A stretch of 64,000 bases of DNA. Source: Bacteroidales bacterium (GTDB lineage: Bacteria > Bacteroidota > Bacteroidia > Bacteroidales > UBA12077). Positions 46,712 through 57,431 of this stretch are shown here, one piece after another; within the stretch, counting starts at the first letter, position 1, and each line of letters begins with the position of its first letter. The notes beneath the pieces are model-generated. The model saw only the letters and a list, made by a program, of their open reading frames with translations, had not been told where the DNA came from and made no database searches. The position numbers were made by a program, and so were the translations under genes. The stretch covers positions 1,332,933 to 1,396,932 of the forward strand of contig JAEINU010000001.1 in assembly GCA_016342685.1 (NCBI GenBank). Reading direction: 5' to 3'.

Positions 46712-47158
46712 TTAGTTTTTTAATGAATATTCAGGAAAATCAGCACCAAAAGATATTTCGAATGATACTTTTATATTCTTTCGCTTATACCTTATCACAT
46801 CGTATCTGAGAGTCATTATTTCATAATCACAAATTCCTTGTGCAATTGGAATCTCTTTAATAATTTCATTTTCCGGTATTGCAAAATAAAGTCTGCTTTT
46901 TCTTGAACCTGAAATTAAGTCTTGAAATTTATTTAGACCTACTCCTTTTGTATTAAAACTAAAATTGAAATCATCAAAGTTCTTGAACAAATCTTCTACG
47001 TGATCTTTACTTTTCAGGTTTTGCAAATCAGTCTCTGTATAATTTGTAATTGAACCAGATGAGCCTCCATACATATGTACTGACATGTTTTTACCTGATT
47101 GTGCAAAAACAACTGATGATAATATTATTGAGGTAATAATTAAGAATACTGTTTTCAT
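46712..47158 (-). CDS. Hypothetical secreted protein
   Basis: Signal peptide MKTVFLIITSIILSSVVFAQ from the internal ATG at 47158. No recognised motif. Confidence 0.5.
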   Translation of the reverse strand: MKTVFLIITSIILSSVVFAQSGKNMSVHMYGGSSGSITNYTETDLQNLKSKDHVEDLFKNFDDFNFSFNTKGVGLNKFQDLISGSRKSRLYFAIPENEIIKEIPIAQGICDYEIMTLRYDVIRYKRKNIKVSFEISFGADFPEYSLKN

Positions 47159-47302
47159 AACTTCATTGATTTTAAGTTTCTGAAACAAATGTATTGGATA
47201 TAAAAAAAGCAAATAGTTAAGCAAGTGTTATACAGTGTTAACGAGTGTTAACATAATTTTTTTCTATACTTAGATTAAGTAGATTTGTGTAAACTTTAAT
47301 AA

Positions 47303-48832
47303 ATGAAAAAACAGATTTTTTACATATTGGTCTTGATAATTATTTCTGTATCAGGAATTTTAGCCATTCAGTTTTTTTGGATTTATAATTCATATAAAAT
47401 CAACAGAATGCAATTTATTAAAGAAATTGATCAGGCCTTGGAAGTTTCTGTTCAAACCGAAATGAACGCCAGATATTCAGAAATGGTTAATTTTATGTTT
47501 TCGAGCGACGATATTACAATTCTAAAGACTCAACCCGATACCGTTAATGGCGTAAGTATTGATTCATTGCTTCAAGAAGCCATGGCAACAGATCAATCTG
47601 GAGAAAGTTCAACATCAATGAACATAAATATTATACCTCAAGGAACTGACTCTGCAAGCACTGTTCCTGATTATATAGGCTTAGACATTAAGAATTTACT
47701 ACGAACAATATTTGTGGAAGAACTACAAGGTAAAACATCCTTAAATTTTGAAATGCTCGATTCACTTCTTCAAATTGAATTTAAAAATAGAAATATTGAA
47801 AGTCCTTATATTATTGAATTAATGGATACAGAAAAGGATTCGCTAATAAAAACAAATAGAGGACAAACTGTTACAACAAAAAAAATCCAAGGACCGAAGG
47901 ATTTAACTGTAACTGTTTCACATATAGAAACACATGATGAAAAAACGATTGCAACAAAAAACATTCTTCGATCAAAAGATGTTCCTGTATCAGTTTTAAA
48001 TAAAACACACGTTAGATTGGGCTTTCCTAAACAACGACAAGTTATTTTATCGCAAATGGCTGGCATTTTAGGAGCATCCTTTTTGTTGGTAGTAATTGTA
48101 GTACTTTGCTTTATTTATATGCTGCGTACTATTCTTAAGCAGAAAAAGCTTTCCGAAATTAAGAATGATTTCATTAACAATATGACACATGAGTTAAAAA
48201 CTCCAATTGCCACTGTAAGTGCTGCAGTTGAATCGATGCAAAACTTTAATGTGTTAGAAGATAAATCAAAAACTGAGCGGTATCTTGATATTTCATCTAA
48301 GGAGTTAAAAAGGCTGTCGGGCTTGGTCGAGAAGGTTTTAAATATATCTGCCTACGAGCAAAAAACACTTAAATTAAATCCTGAAAAAATAGATTTTAAC
48401 GAACTTATTCAGAATATAATTACTAGTCAATCGATTAAAAATTCGGATAAAAAAGTTGAAATAGAATACATTGCAAAAACTGAAAATAAATTTATTATAG
48501 CTGATCGAATTCATCTCACAAATGTTATGAATAACCTAATTGATAATGCAATTAAATATTCAAACAACGAGGTAAATATTGAGGTAACTTTCGATCAACA
48601 AAACAATCACAGCACAATTCGAGTAAAAGATAACGGACTCGGCATATCTAAACATAATCAAAGTAAGATTTTTGAAAAATTCTATAGAGTACCAACCGGA
48701 AATATTCATAAGGTAAAAGGTTTTGGATTGGGCCTGCATTATGTAAAAAGCATTATTGAAGAACAGCAAGGAACTGTTGAAGTTAAAAGTACTTTCGGAA
48801 AAGGAAGTGAATTTTTAATTACTCTACCCTAA
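47303..48832 (+). CDS. Sensor histidine kinase (classical HisKA/HATPase, two TM)
   Basis: H-box NMTHELKTPI. N-box NLIDNAIKYS. DNGLGI. GFGLGLHYV. Confidence 0.9.
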   Translation: MKKQIFYILVLIIISVSGILAIQFFWIYNSYKINRMQFIKEIDQALEVSVQTEMNARYSEMVNFMFSSDDITILKTQPDTVNGVSIDSLLQEAMATDQSGESSTSMNINIIPQGTDSASTVPDYIGLDIKNLLRTIFVEELQGKTSLNFEMLDSLLQIEFKNRNIESPYIIELMDTEKDSLIKTNRGQTVTTKKIQGPKDLTVTVSHIETHDEKTIATKNILRSKDVPVSVLNKTHVRLGFPKQRQVILSQMAGILGASFLLVVIVVLCFIYMLRTILKQKKLSEIKNDFINNMTHELKTPIATVSAAVESMQNFNVLEDKSKTERYLDISSKELKRLSGLVEKVLNISAYEQKTLKLNPEKIDFNELIQNIITSQSIKNSDKKVEIEYIAKTENKFIIADRIHLTNVMNNLIDNAIKYSNNEVNIEVTFDQQNNHSTIRVKDNGLGISKHNQSKIFEKFYRVPTGNIHKVKGFGLGLHYVKSIIEEQQGTVEVKSTFGKGSEFLITLP

Positions 48833-48833
48833 C

Positions 48834-49523
48834 ATGGAACAACTAAAAATATTATACGCAGAAGACGAAGATGCTTTAGGATTAATTGTAAAAGACAGTC
48901 TTGAATCGAGAAAGTTTGAGGTCGATTATTTTAAAGATGGTAAATCGGCCTTAGAAAGTTTTTATAAAAACAAGTATCATATCCTTGTTTTAGATGTTAT
49001 GATGCCCGAATTGGATGGCTTTTCTCTTGCCAAAGAGGTTCGCAAAACAGATAAAACTATTCCAATAATTTTTCTAACAGCTAAATCGCAAACATCAGAT
49101 GTTATTGAAGGTTTTGAGTTGGGAGGAAATGATTATTTAAAAAAACCATTTAGTATTGAAGAGTTAATTGTTAGAATTAAATCATTAACAAGTCGGAGTT
49201 TTAAAGAAATAACAAAAGAAGAAACTCTTTCTGATATCAGTATTGGACAGTATCAATTTAATTATACTCAACAATCGTTAAGTATTAATAGCAATATTAA
49301 GAAATTAACTCATCGCGAAACCGAGTTACTAAAACGTTTGCACGAAAATAAAAACGATGTTTTAGATCGCAAAGCTGTTTTGCTTGAACTTTGGGGCGAC
49401 GATAGTTTTTTCAACGCACGAAGCATGGATGTCTTTATTACCAAACTACGTAGGTATTTTAAAGACGATCCAAGTATTCAGATTATAAATGTGCGCGCTG
49501 TTGGGTATAAACTTATTTGTTAA
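48834..49523 (+). CDS. OmpR/PhoB-type response regulator
   Basis: REC domain (ILYAEDED...LVLDVMMP). Winged-helix C-terminus (LTHRETELLKRL...VRAVGYKL). The start is 1 nt after the HK stop. Confidence 0.9.
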   Translation: MEQLKILYAEDEDALGLIVKDSLESRKFEVDYFKDGKSALESFYKNKYHILVLDVMMPELDGFSLAKEVRKTDKTIPIIFLTAKSQTSDVIEGFELGGNDYLKKPFSIEELIVRIKSLTSRSFKEITKEETLSDISIGQYQFNYTQQSLSINSNIKKLTHRETELLKRLHENKNDVLDRKAVLLELWGDDSFFNARSMDVFITKLRRYFKDDPSIQIINVRAVGYKLIC

Positions 49524-50608
49524 TAAAACGATTTTTCTTTTTGCTTTATTAAGTTGTAATCAAGTTCGAACTTTTTAGTAAAAGCAGAGAAATCTTTACC
49601 GAAAACTTCTAGCGCATTCTTATAGGTTTGATTTGAATAGAATTCTATGAATTTATCGCGACCATATTTCTTTATTAACTCCTCGACAAAAAGTCCTGCC
49701 ATATTATACGAAAAATCGTAACTGTAATCATACCAGTTCTCCCAAACATCTTTCACGAAGATTTTTTTCTTTTTGGTATTGTCTGTTAACTCTTCAAAAT
49801 AGGCTTTTCGATCCAGATTGGTTTGATCGAAATAAGTTGCAGTACCTTCTGAAATAAAATTTGAAGATTCGTCTATTTCTGTGCAATAATGAGCTATATC
49901 ATGCGCAATCTCATGCCCTTCGGTTTCGTTATTACCACCATGAATATAACATAAATAACTGCCCGTAAACGAAAGGTTTCTTTTCAGAACATTCTTCGCA
50001 TCAATACGCGAACCCCAAATAAAATAGTCTATCTTTTTAGGTAATTCACTTTCAAAAAAAAGATTAATATTAGTGAATGCCAGCTCACAATCCGAAATAA
50101 AACGTTTATAGTTTATATCGGTTGTATCCTGAAAGTAAAAACGGAAATGATCCGTTTCAAAAAGGCTCCAGTCATTGTAAAATTGATCAAATCCAAACAT
50201 TTCATACCACATTTCACTAGATTCTTCAATATTTGAGTAAGTTTCAATTTTCCGGCTATCTTCCAGCACCTCTCTGGATTTAACCTTATCTTCTTTTAAA
50301 AAATAATATATTCCTAAATAAATGTTTGCTCTGGATCGTATTGTTGAGTGAGGATCGTTATGCTGCGCTGCTTTTAGAAAATGAGGAAAGGCCTTGTCTA
50401 TCTCATCTTCACGATAATATGCCCTACCAACCCAAAAATTATATTCGATATTCACTGAGTCTTTTTTTAGCAATTCTGTTCCAAACTCAATTAACTTCTC
50501 ATACTTTTTATCCTCGTAAAGCTTCCACATCTTTTTTAGATTAGGACTCTGAGCGTTACTTACAAAAACATAACACAATAAGACAAAACCAATAAATATT
50601 TTTTTCAT
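49520..50608 (-). CDS. Secreted TPR-like protein with an HExxH motif (putative metallopeptidase-like)
   Basis: Signal peptide MKKIFIGFVLLCYVFVSNAQ (ATG at 50608). TPR-like N-terminal region. TEGHEIAHDIAHY in the C-terminal half. Confidence 0.45.
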   Translation of the reverse strand: MKKIFIGFVLLCYVFVSNAQSPNLKKMWKLYEDKKYEKLIEFGTELLKKDSVNIEYNFWVGRAYYREDEIDKAFPHFLKAAQHNDPHSTIRSRANIYLGIYYFLKEDKVKSREVLEDSRKIETYSNIEESSEMWYEMFGFDQFYNDWSLFETDHFRFYFQDTTDINYKRFISDCELAFTNINLFFESELPKKIDYFIWGSRIDAKNVLKRNLSFTGSYLCYIHGGNNETEGHEIAHDIAHYCTEIDESSNFISEGTATYFDQTNLDRKAYFEELTDNTKKKKIFVKDVWENWYDYSYDFSYNMAGLFVEELIKKYGRDKFIEFYSNQTYKNALEVFGKDFSAFTKKFELDYNLIKQKEKSFY

Positions 50609-50735
50609 AATTTTCTCATAATGATTTAACAAAACTTAAAATTATATTTTTTTATCAATTTATTAAAGACTTCCACATTTTTATATCTCTAATTATATTC
50701 TTATTTTTCGTGTCTGTTTCAAACCTACAAAAACT

Positions 50736-52094
50736 ATGAAAAAAGCATTACTTCTATTAAGTGTTATATTACTGATTGCCGGATGCGCATCGAACCGTTA
50801 TACAAAAAAAGCTTCAAAATTCGAAGAAGCTGGTTTATATGAAGATGCCGCTGAATATTATTATCAAGCAATAAAAAAGAAAGATTCAAACGTTGAAGCC
50901 AAGCTTGGATTAAGGAAAAATGGACAGCTTGCCCTAGATCGTAAGCTTTCGGATTTTACTTTAGCATACAAACAAGCAGACTATAAAAAGGCGGTATATA
51001 ACTACCTTGCAGCCGAAAAATATTACAATAAAATTACAGCTGTTCATGTGGAATTAGATTTTCCAGAATATCATAAAGAATATTACGAAGAAGCTAAAAA
51101 CGATTACTTAAATCAGAAATATGCCGATGGATTAGATAAGCTTAATCGAGAAGATTTTTCTGCTGCACTTATGGTGTTAACTGAAATAAAAAGAATTGAT
51201 GCAAATTATAAAGATGTACAAGATTTGTATACAACGGCAAAATATGAGCCTATGTATCGAGATGCAAATCAATATCTCGAAACGGGATTGTATCGAAAAG
51301 CTTATTATACTTTTGAAACAATCATAAAAGGTGCTGGAACCTATAAACAGTCGGTTTCTTTAAAAGATGAAGCTCAGGAAAAAGGTACAATTACTATTTT
51401 AGTTGATGATTTTTCGTATACAAATTATAATTACAATCAAATTGCTCAAAACGTTACAAGTGATGTAAAAGCAAAGCTAAGTAAGCTTAATAACCCATTT
51501 TTACGAATTATTGATCCATCTACTTTAAGTGTTAATATATTCGAGAATGGACAAATGAATATGCAAGCGGCGAATCTAGCCGGCATAAAAGCTATTCTTT
51601 CTGGAAAAATAATCAGAGTATCAGCAACAAACGGAAGACTCACAAAAGAAAATAAACGCGGATATCTAAAAGAAGTTACTAAAACTAAAAATGAATTGGG
51701 CGAAGAAATTAAAAAGGTAAAATACATTAAAACGAATTACATGGAATATAAGCAGGCAAATAAAGCCAGCTTTGGAATGGAATTCAAACTAATTTCTACA
51801 AGCGACAATTCGATTATGGTTTCGGATATGATTAGCAAAAACACCTCCGATAAAATACATTATGCTACATATAGCGGCGATAAAAAGAAATTAATACCAG
51901 GATATTGGAAATATAAAGAACGTAAATCCGAAAAGGATGTTCAAAAAGACAATAAATCAGATATTAACAGACTTCAGAATTTATTGAAGGCCGACAAAAA
52001 TATTAAAGCGGCAAATACATTACTTAACGAAATTGTTAAAAAGTCGACCAAGGAAATTACTGAAAAAGTAAATAAGTATAATCCTGAAAAATAA
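50736..52094 (+). CDS. Lipoprotein with an N-terminal TPR-like region, function unknown
   Basis: Lipobox LLIAGCAS. Helical repeat region (YEDAAEYYYQAIKK...). The C-terminal half has ITILVDDFSY...VTSDVKAKL, reminiscent of CsgG/LpoB-type lipoproteins (weak). Confidence 0.5.
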   Translation: MKKALLLLSVILLIAGCASNRYTKKASKFEEAGLYEDAAEYYYQAIKKKDSNVEAKLGLRKNGQLALDRKLSDFTLAYKQADYKKAVYNYLAAEKYYNKITAVHVELDFPEYHKEYYEEAKNDYLNQKYADGLDKLNREDFSAALMVLTEIKRIDANYKDVQDLYTTAKYEPMYRDANQYLETGLYRKAYYTFETIIKGAGTYKQSVSLKDEAQEKGTITILVDDFSYTNYNYNQIAQNVTSDVKAKLSKLNNPFLRIIDPSTLSVNIFENGQMNMQAANLAGIKAILSGKIIRVSATNGRLTKENKRGYLKEVTKTKNELGEEIKKVKYIKTNYMEYKQANKASFGMEFKLISTSDNSIMVSDMISKNTSDKIHYATYSGDKKKLIPGYWKYKERKSEKDVQKDNKSDINRLQNLLKADKNIKAANTLLNEIVKKSTKEITEKVNKYNPEK

Positions 52095-52117
52095 CATTGT
52101 TTTTAAAACACAATCAT

Positions 52118-53464
52118 ATGAAACGTTACCTTGTAATATTGATGATATTTTTAGCTTCTTGCGCTGCGAAAAAACAAGCAGCAGAACTTGAAGCACAACC
52201 AAGTTGGATAAAACAAAAACCTATGCCAACGGGTTACTATATTGGTATTGGATCGGTAAAGAAAATAGGTACTTCGGCTCAGTATATTGCGAAAGCAAGA
52301 CAAGAGGCATTAACTGATTTAGCTGAAAGTGTGTCGTCGAATGTAAGTTCAACATCTGTTTTACACAGTATAGAAACTCAGTATGGTTTTTCTGAAACTT
52401 TCGATCAGAAGATAAAAATTAGTACCGACGACTATTTAGAAGGATTTGATCCTGTTGCTTTTTATGAAAATGAACATTCTTATTGGGTTTATTATAAGAT
52501 AAGTAAATCTACTTATCATGAGATGAAAGAAAAGAAAAAGCAAGAAGCAATTTCAACTGCAGTAGCAAAATATCAGTCTGGAATTCAAGAACAAAATCTA
52601 GATAAACCTCAGGAAGCATTAGCATTTTACTTACAAGGTTTACAGGCAATTAAAAGATATTTAAACGAAGAAACACCAACTAAATTTAACGGAGAGCGCA
52701 TTGATATTGGGAATGAAATTTATACATCGGTAAATGATATCTTAAATGCTCTGGAAATACAAGCAAAAACAAGTTCGATTAATGTTAAACGAGGTACCAT
52801 GTTTAATGAAAGCCTCGATTATTTGGTAACTTATAACTCTAAGCCGGTACATGGAATTCCTGTTAAAATTAAATATTCTGGAGGATACTTGAAAAATGAT
52901 TCGCATGTTTCTGATATGAACGGTTTGGTGCAACTACAACCAGAAGTTCTTAACTCAAGAAACGGAAAAGGACGAATTACTGCAAAAATTAATCTGCAAG
53001 GATTAGCTCAAAAATCTGTTGATGATTTATTTATCAGAGGCTTAATTCTCAAACGTAAAATGGAATCGGCTATTACATATGTTATAATAAAGGCGCCTTC
53101 TATTGCTTTAAGAATTGACGAGAATTCATGTACTGAAAACAATTGTAATCAGATCAAGAATATTTTTAATCAGAATGCCAATCAATTTGGTTATGAAATA
53201 AAAACATCTGAATCCAGCGATTATATTTTTGAACTGTTCTTTGGTTATAAACAAGGCGAACAGGCTGGAGGATTAGTTTCTGTTTATATTTCGGGCGAAT
53301 TAGCCATAAAAGATCAATTAAATAACATTATTTGGGTAAAGCAAACAGAGAATGTTAAAGGGGTTGGGAATAACATAAATCAAGCGAAAAACAAAGCATT
53401 TTCAGAATTTCAAACAGCTTTAGACAGAAAATACTTTAAACAAGGTATTGATGCATTGAAATAG
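52118..53464 (+). CDS. LPP20-like lipoprotein
   Basis: Lipobox IFLASCAA from the ATG at 52118. The block YIGIGSVKK...AKARQEALTDLAESVSSNVSS fits the LPP20 lipoprotein domain pattern. Confidence 0.5.
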   Translation: MKRYLVILMIFLASCAAKKQAAELEAQPSWIKQKPMPTGYYIGIGSVKKIGTSAQYIAKARQEALTDLAESVSSNVSSTSVLHSIETQYGFSETFDQKIKISTDDYLEGFDPVAFYENEHSYWVYYKISKSTYHEMKEKKKQEAISTAVAKYQSGIQEQNLDKPQEALAFYLQGLQAIKRYLNEETPTKFNGERIDIGNEIYTSVNDILNALEIQAKTSSINVKRGTMFNESLDYLVTYNSKPVHGIPVKIKYSGGYLKNDSHVSDMNGLVQLQPEVLNSRNGKGRITAKINLQGLAQKSVDDLFIRGLILKRKMESAITYVIIKAPSIALRIDENSCTENNCNQIKNIFNQNANQFGYEIKTSESSDYIFELFFGYKQGEQAGGLVSVYISGELAIKDQLNNIIWVKQTENVKGVGNNINQAKNKAFSEFQTALDRKYFKQGIDALK

Positions 53465-53490
53465 TTAAAAGATAAAATCACAAGATATAT

Positions 53491-53533
53491 AAAACTGTCA
53501 CGCTCCATTTATAGAAGTGTGACAGTTTTTTTT
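53491..53533 (+). terminator. Rho-independent terminator after the lipoprotein pair
   Basis: AAAACTGTCAC-(17 nt)-GTGACAGTTTT followed by TTTT. Confidence 0.75.
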
Positions 53534-53672
53534 AATAGATAATAGCATTATTTTCAGATAGAATTCCAATATATTAATTGTTCAAGGTTTGGATTCCCTC
53601 TCTTGCTAACAATAAATTTTATTATTGGACTACTTCTTATTAAAAGAAAATATTAAGGTATCGAAATCACAT

Positions 53673-54737
53673 TTACAACCACTTCTTTCGATTAAAGTAA
53701 AACAACATTCCAATGGTAACAATAATCATTGCGCCCCACATGGCAAAATAGCCGTATTTAAAATGTAACTCTGGAATATAATCGAAATTTGTACCGTAAA
53801 TACCAGCAATAAATGTAAGAGGAATAAAAATAGATGCAAATATAGTTAAGACCTTCATTACATCATTAGCCCGATTGCTTATATTTGTTTGATACAGATT
53901 AATTTGATCGGAAACCATGGTGTAATAAATTTCGACTGCTTCGAAAGCCTGAATTGTAAGATCTTCCAGATCAATCCAATAATGTTTGGTATCAGAACTG
54001 ATTAAACTGGTATCACTTTTCAAAGCTTTTAAAGCTATTTCTTTAACTGGTCGAATCGATTTTCTTACAAAATTTATATCTGTTTTTTGGGTATAAAGAA
54101 TTCCAGCTATTTCTTTAGAATGTGTTTTTATTATTATTTCTTCTTGCTTTTCAATATCGTTCCCAAGAATTTCTATGTTATGCAAATAACTATCAACAAT
54201 TGTATCCACTAATATGTATTGCAAGTAATCTGCTTTTCGCGATCTAATTTTCCCTATTGCATTTCGCAATCGATTCCTTACGGGATCAAAATAATCACCC
54301 ACTTGCTCTTGAATAGAAATAATATAATTATCGCCCAGAATAAAAGACATCTGTTCCGATTTTAGAGCATTCGTCTCATTTTCAAAAAATATAACTTTGA
54401 GGATAATAATAACATGGTTCTTATCTTCAATTATTCTTGGGCGTTGATCTGTATTCAAAATATCTTCCATCGCCAAAGACGATATATCAAACTGCTCCTT
54501 TACATTTTTTAATAAATCGATATCGTGCAAGCCATCAATATTAATCCAGGTAACTGAATCTTTACTAATAAGACCATTAAAGTCGGTATCACTTTCAAGT
54601 TCTCTTTCTGCAAAATCTGACTCGCTATATTTTATAAGTCGAATCCTGCTCTCATCCATCTTTTGTCGGCCAATATGAATTAAAGAACCAGGGGCCTTCC
54701 CTACCGATGATTTTCTATTTTTAATAAATCTTGCCAT
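53673..54737 (-). CDS. corA: CorA-family divalent cation transporter with a GTN in place of the GMN motif
   Basis: 354 aa. Cytoplasmic N-domain and two C-terminal TM segments. The pore loop is IAGIYGTNFDYIPEL, whereas canonical CorA has YGMNF. Confidence 0.8.
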   Translation of the reverse strand: MARFIKNRKSSVGKAPGSLIHIGRQKMDESRIRLIKYSESDFAERELESDTDFNGLISKDSVTWINIDGLHDIDLLKNVKEQFDISSLAMEDILNTDQRPRIIEDKNHVIIILKVIFFENETNALKSEQMSFILGDNYIISIQEQVGDYFDPVRNRLRNAIGKIRSRKADYLQYILVDTIVDSYLHNIEILGNDIEKQEEIIIKTHSKEIAGILYTQKTDINFVRKSIRPVKEIALKALKSDTSLISSDTKHYWIDLEDLTIQAFEAVEIYYTMVSDQINLYQTNISNRANDVMKVLTIFASIFIPLTFIAGIYGTNFDYIPELHFKYGYFAMWGAMIIVTIGMLFYFNRKKWL

Positions 54738-54749
54738 AATTTGAGTGCA

Positions 54750-55811
54750 TTAAACGTTCTTTTCTAAATTTGCCTTTTGTTCATCAATGTTTTTCACAAT
54801 TCGCTCTTGAATCTTTATTAATCTTTCTATAGTATTCTCTAATTTTTGAATCTCTTCTTTATCGTCGAGTTCTTTAATTTGCTTTTTTAAATTCTCTATT
54901 TTTTGATCAATCTCTGAAATATATTCCTTCTTTTTCTCAAGAGCTCCTGCTTCAATAGCTTTATCGAAGATTAATTCTTCAGGAGATTTTTCCTTATTAT
55001 CAATCTTTTGTGATTTCTCAGATTTTGGTATAAACCGCGCATCATCTACCTTTCTTTGATTCATAAATGATGGTGACACAATCTCGATATTATTTTCGTG
55101 AAGAAAATCAATTACCTTGCTATTTAGTAATGAACTTGTGGTAAAATATTTCCCGCTATCTTCCAAGAAACCATGTATTTTATAGGTAACAGAGAAATCA
55201 CCTAACTCAGTTATATATACATACGGATCTTTTAATCCTGTTTCTACAGCTGCATTTTTAAGACATTTTTCGATCTTTCTCTGAGAAACCTCATATCCTA
55301 AAGATAGAGTCGAAGAAATAACGGTATTTGATTTTCTAGTAAGTTTTACCGGATTTGAAGATATATATAAATTTGGAATTGTAACAAAATTGCTGTCTTC
55401 TAACTGAATTTCGGTATGAAATATATTCTTTTTTGTAACTCTTCCTGTTAATTCGCCAACTTTTATAAGATCACCAATTTTATACCTTTCCATGGCATTA
55501 TTCATTATTCCTGCCATTAAATTGCCCAAAACAGTTGTTGAACTTAATGCAATTGCCGCACTTATTACAATAGCTAAAAAACTCAAAACTTGCCCCTTCA
55601 ACCCCTTATCAATTGGAAGCGATAAAATAAAAGTTAAGATACCAACCAAGGATATTAATATAGAAATAGTTTGCCGAGTAATTTGGTGTGATTCTTTATC
55701 TGATTTAAACTGATTAAAAATCCATCTATGAATGAGTAATACCAATATTAAAATTAGTATAACCACACCAGATCCCATCAATGATGCCAATATTTCGAAA
55801 ACTTTTTCCAT
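54750..55811 (-). CDS. MscS-family mechanosensitive channel with a C-terminal coiled-coil extension
   Basis: Three TM segments. MscS beta-domain core GDLIKVGELTGRVTKKNIFHTEIQLEDSNFVTIPN. Lys/Glu-rich heptad-like tail. Confidence 0.8.
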   Translation of the reverse strand: MEKVFEILASLMGSGVVILILILVLLIHRWIFNQFKSDKESHQITRQTISILISLVGILTFILSLPIDKGLKGQVLSFLAIVISAAIALSSTTVLGNLMAGIMNNAMERYKIGDLIKVGELTGRVTKKNIFHTEIQLEDSNFVTIPNLYISSNPVKLTRKSNTVISSTLSLGYEVSQRKIEKCLKNAAVETGLKDPYVYITELGDFSVTYKIHGFLEDSGKYFTTSSLLNSKVIDFLHENNIEIVSPSFMNQRKVDDARFIPKSEKSQKIDNKEKSPEELIFDKAIEAGALEKKKEYISEIDQKIENLKKQIKELDDKEEIQKLENTIERLIKIQERIVKNIDEQKANLEKNV

Positions 55812-55966
55812 ATATTAAGTCTTAATTAAACAATCAAGTTAGAAAAATCATTTTACAATAAAAAAAACATTTTAACACAAGAAAGAAATTCTATTCTTTA
55901 TTTACATCCAGAATTAATCAATTAACCTATATTTTATTACGACATTAAGAATCTGTTATAAAACCA

Positions 55967-56845
55967 TTACTCTTTTTTGTATACAATTGTTCTGTGTGGA
56001 TAAGGAATTTCAATTCCTTCTTTATCAAATCGCTTCTTTATGCTTTCATAAACATCGCACTGTAAAACAAATGCATCATCGTTAGATTCCGACCATACAT
56101 AGGCTCTAAGTATTACCGAATATTCAGATAAGTTTACTAATTTTATCAATAGAATAGGTGCATCATTATTTGTTTCTTCATTAGTCCGTACATCTAAGAA
56201 TTTTGGATGCTTTATTATTTCTTCTTGAATTATTCGTTTTGCTAAATCGATATTGGAATCGTAACTAATTCCAAATTCAATATGCTTTTTAATTCTTTGA
56301 TCAACAATAGAACTATTCACGAGAGTTGTTTCACTAATTAGACTATTAGGTATAATAATCCTTCGATTTTCGTAATCTCTTATAACGGTATGGCGTAAAG
56401 TAAGTTCTTCAACAATTCCTTTCATTCCTTCTGATCTTAACTCGATTGTATCTCGCACACTAAATGGTTTAAAAATAAGAATGAAAATTCCACTCAAAAT
56501 ATTCGAAAATGCTTTTTGCGAAGCAAAACCAATTGTAGCTGCCAAAATTCCAGCTCCTGCAAACAAACCTTTCCCAACAAGTTTTAGTTCTGGCGTTAAC
56601 AGAAATATGATAATTAATACTATTGTGAAAATAATAAACGAAACACTATTTTTTATAAATACAAACTTTGTTGGATCAGCATTTAGTTGTTCTGATTTTC
56701 TACGAATTGCAACTGATAAAACCTTACGGATAATAAATGAAACTACGTATGCTAATAATATCAATCCTCCTATTAATAACCAATATTTCCAATCAAATTT
56801 CATAATTTTATAGATTTTAAGATTTTTTACACCATTATTAGTCAA
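55967..56845 (-). CDS. MscS-family mechanosensitive channel
   Basis: TM segments followed by VRDTIELRSEGMKGIVEELTLRHTVIRDYENRRIIIPNS. The true start may be the ATG at 56803 (MKFDWKYW...). Confidence 0.85.
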   Translation of the reverse strand: MTNNGVKNLKIYKIMKFDWKYWLLIGGLILLAYVVSFIIRKVLSVAIRRKSEQLNADPTKFVFIKNSVSFIIFTIVLIIIFLLTPELKLVGKGLFAGAGILAATIGFASQKAFSNILSGIFILIFKPFSVRDTIELRSEGMKGIVEELTLRHTVIRDYENRRIIIPNSLISETTLVNSSIVDQRIKKHIEFGISYDSNIDLAKRIIQEEIIKHPKFLDVRTNEETNNDAPILLIKLVNLSEYSVILRAYVWSESNDDAFVLQCDVYESIKKRFDKEGIEIPYPHRTIVYKKE

Positions 56846-57431
56846 CCTGTTCCTAATACTTCGGAATGAGTTTGAAACCCATAAATTGGTACATTATAAT
56901 TCATCAATACCACAATGTTTGAAGTTAAATTTAAGGGTTCATAAGGATTGCCTTTTCTGCCCGAAAGAATAATTCCTTTTATCTTAGTTTTAGCTGATAA
57001 AGTAATTGATTGATAATGACCAAAAAACACATAATTAAAATCCTGTTCAGCAAGGAACTGTCTCTTAAATTTCTTTATAAATGCACTTTGATTATCGATT
57101 ATTGGTAACATACATTTATCATTATAAATTTTCTAAATATATGAAATAATTCTATTTGAAATTCCATTTGATAATAAAATTTGATTGCAAGTGCTTTTAA
57201 TAAAAAATAACAAATACTTTATCATAATTATTATAGTTTAATATCATAATATAAAATAATTAAGAAACACATTATCAATCTATATATCTCGTTTAATTTT
57301 CTTAAAATTTTTCTATTAATAAAAAATTCTCTATTTTGTATGCACTAAGAAATTTAAGTTATACGAAATAAGTATTCATTATTAATTAAAGTACACCAAT
57401 CCAATAATATCATTAATTTAAAAATCACCAT

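Noticed and set aside
56842-57111. An 89-aa ORF resembling a collapsed class-I glutamine amidotransferase (IKGIILSGRKGNPYEP...NVPIYGFQTHSEV versus ILSGGP...GxQFHPE).
   Set aside because: Too short and too degenerate to support. It lacks the catalytic Cys region. It may be a gene remnant, but I cannot show this from the sequence alone.
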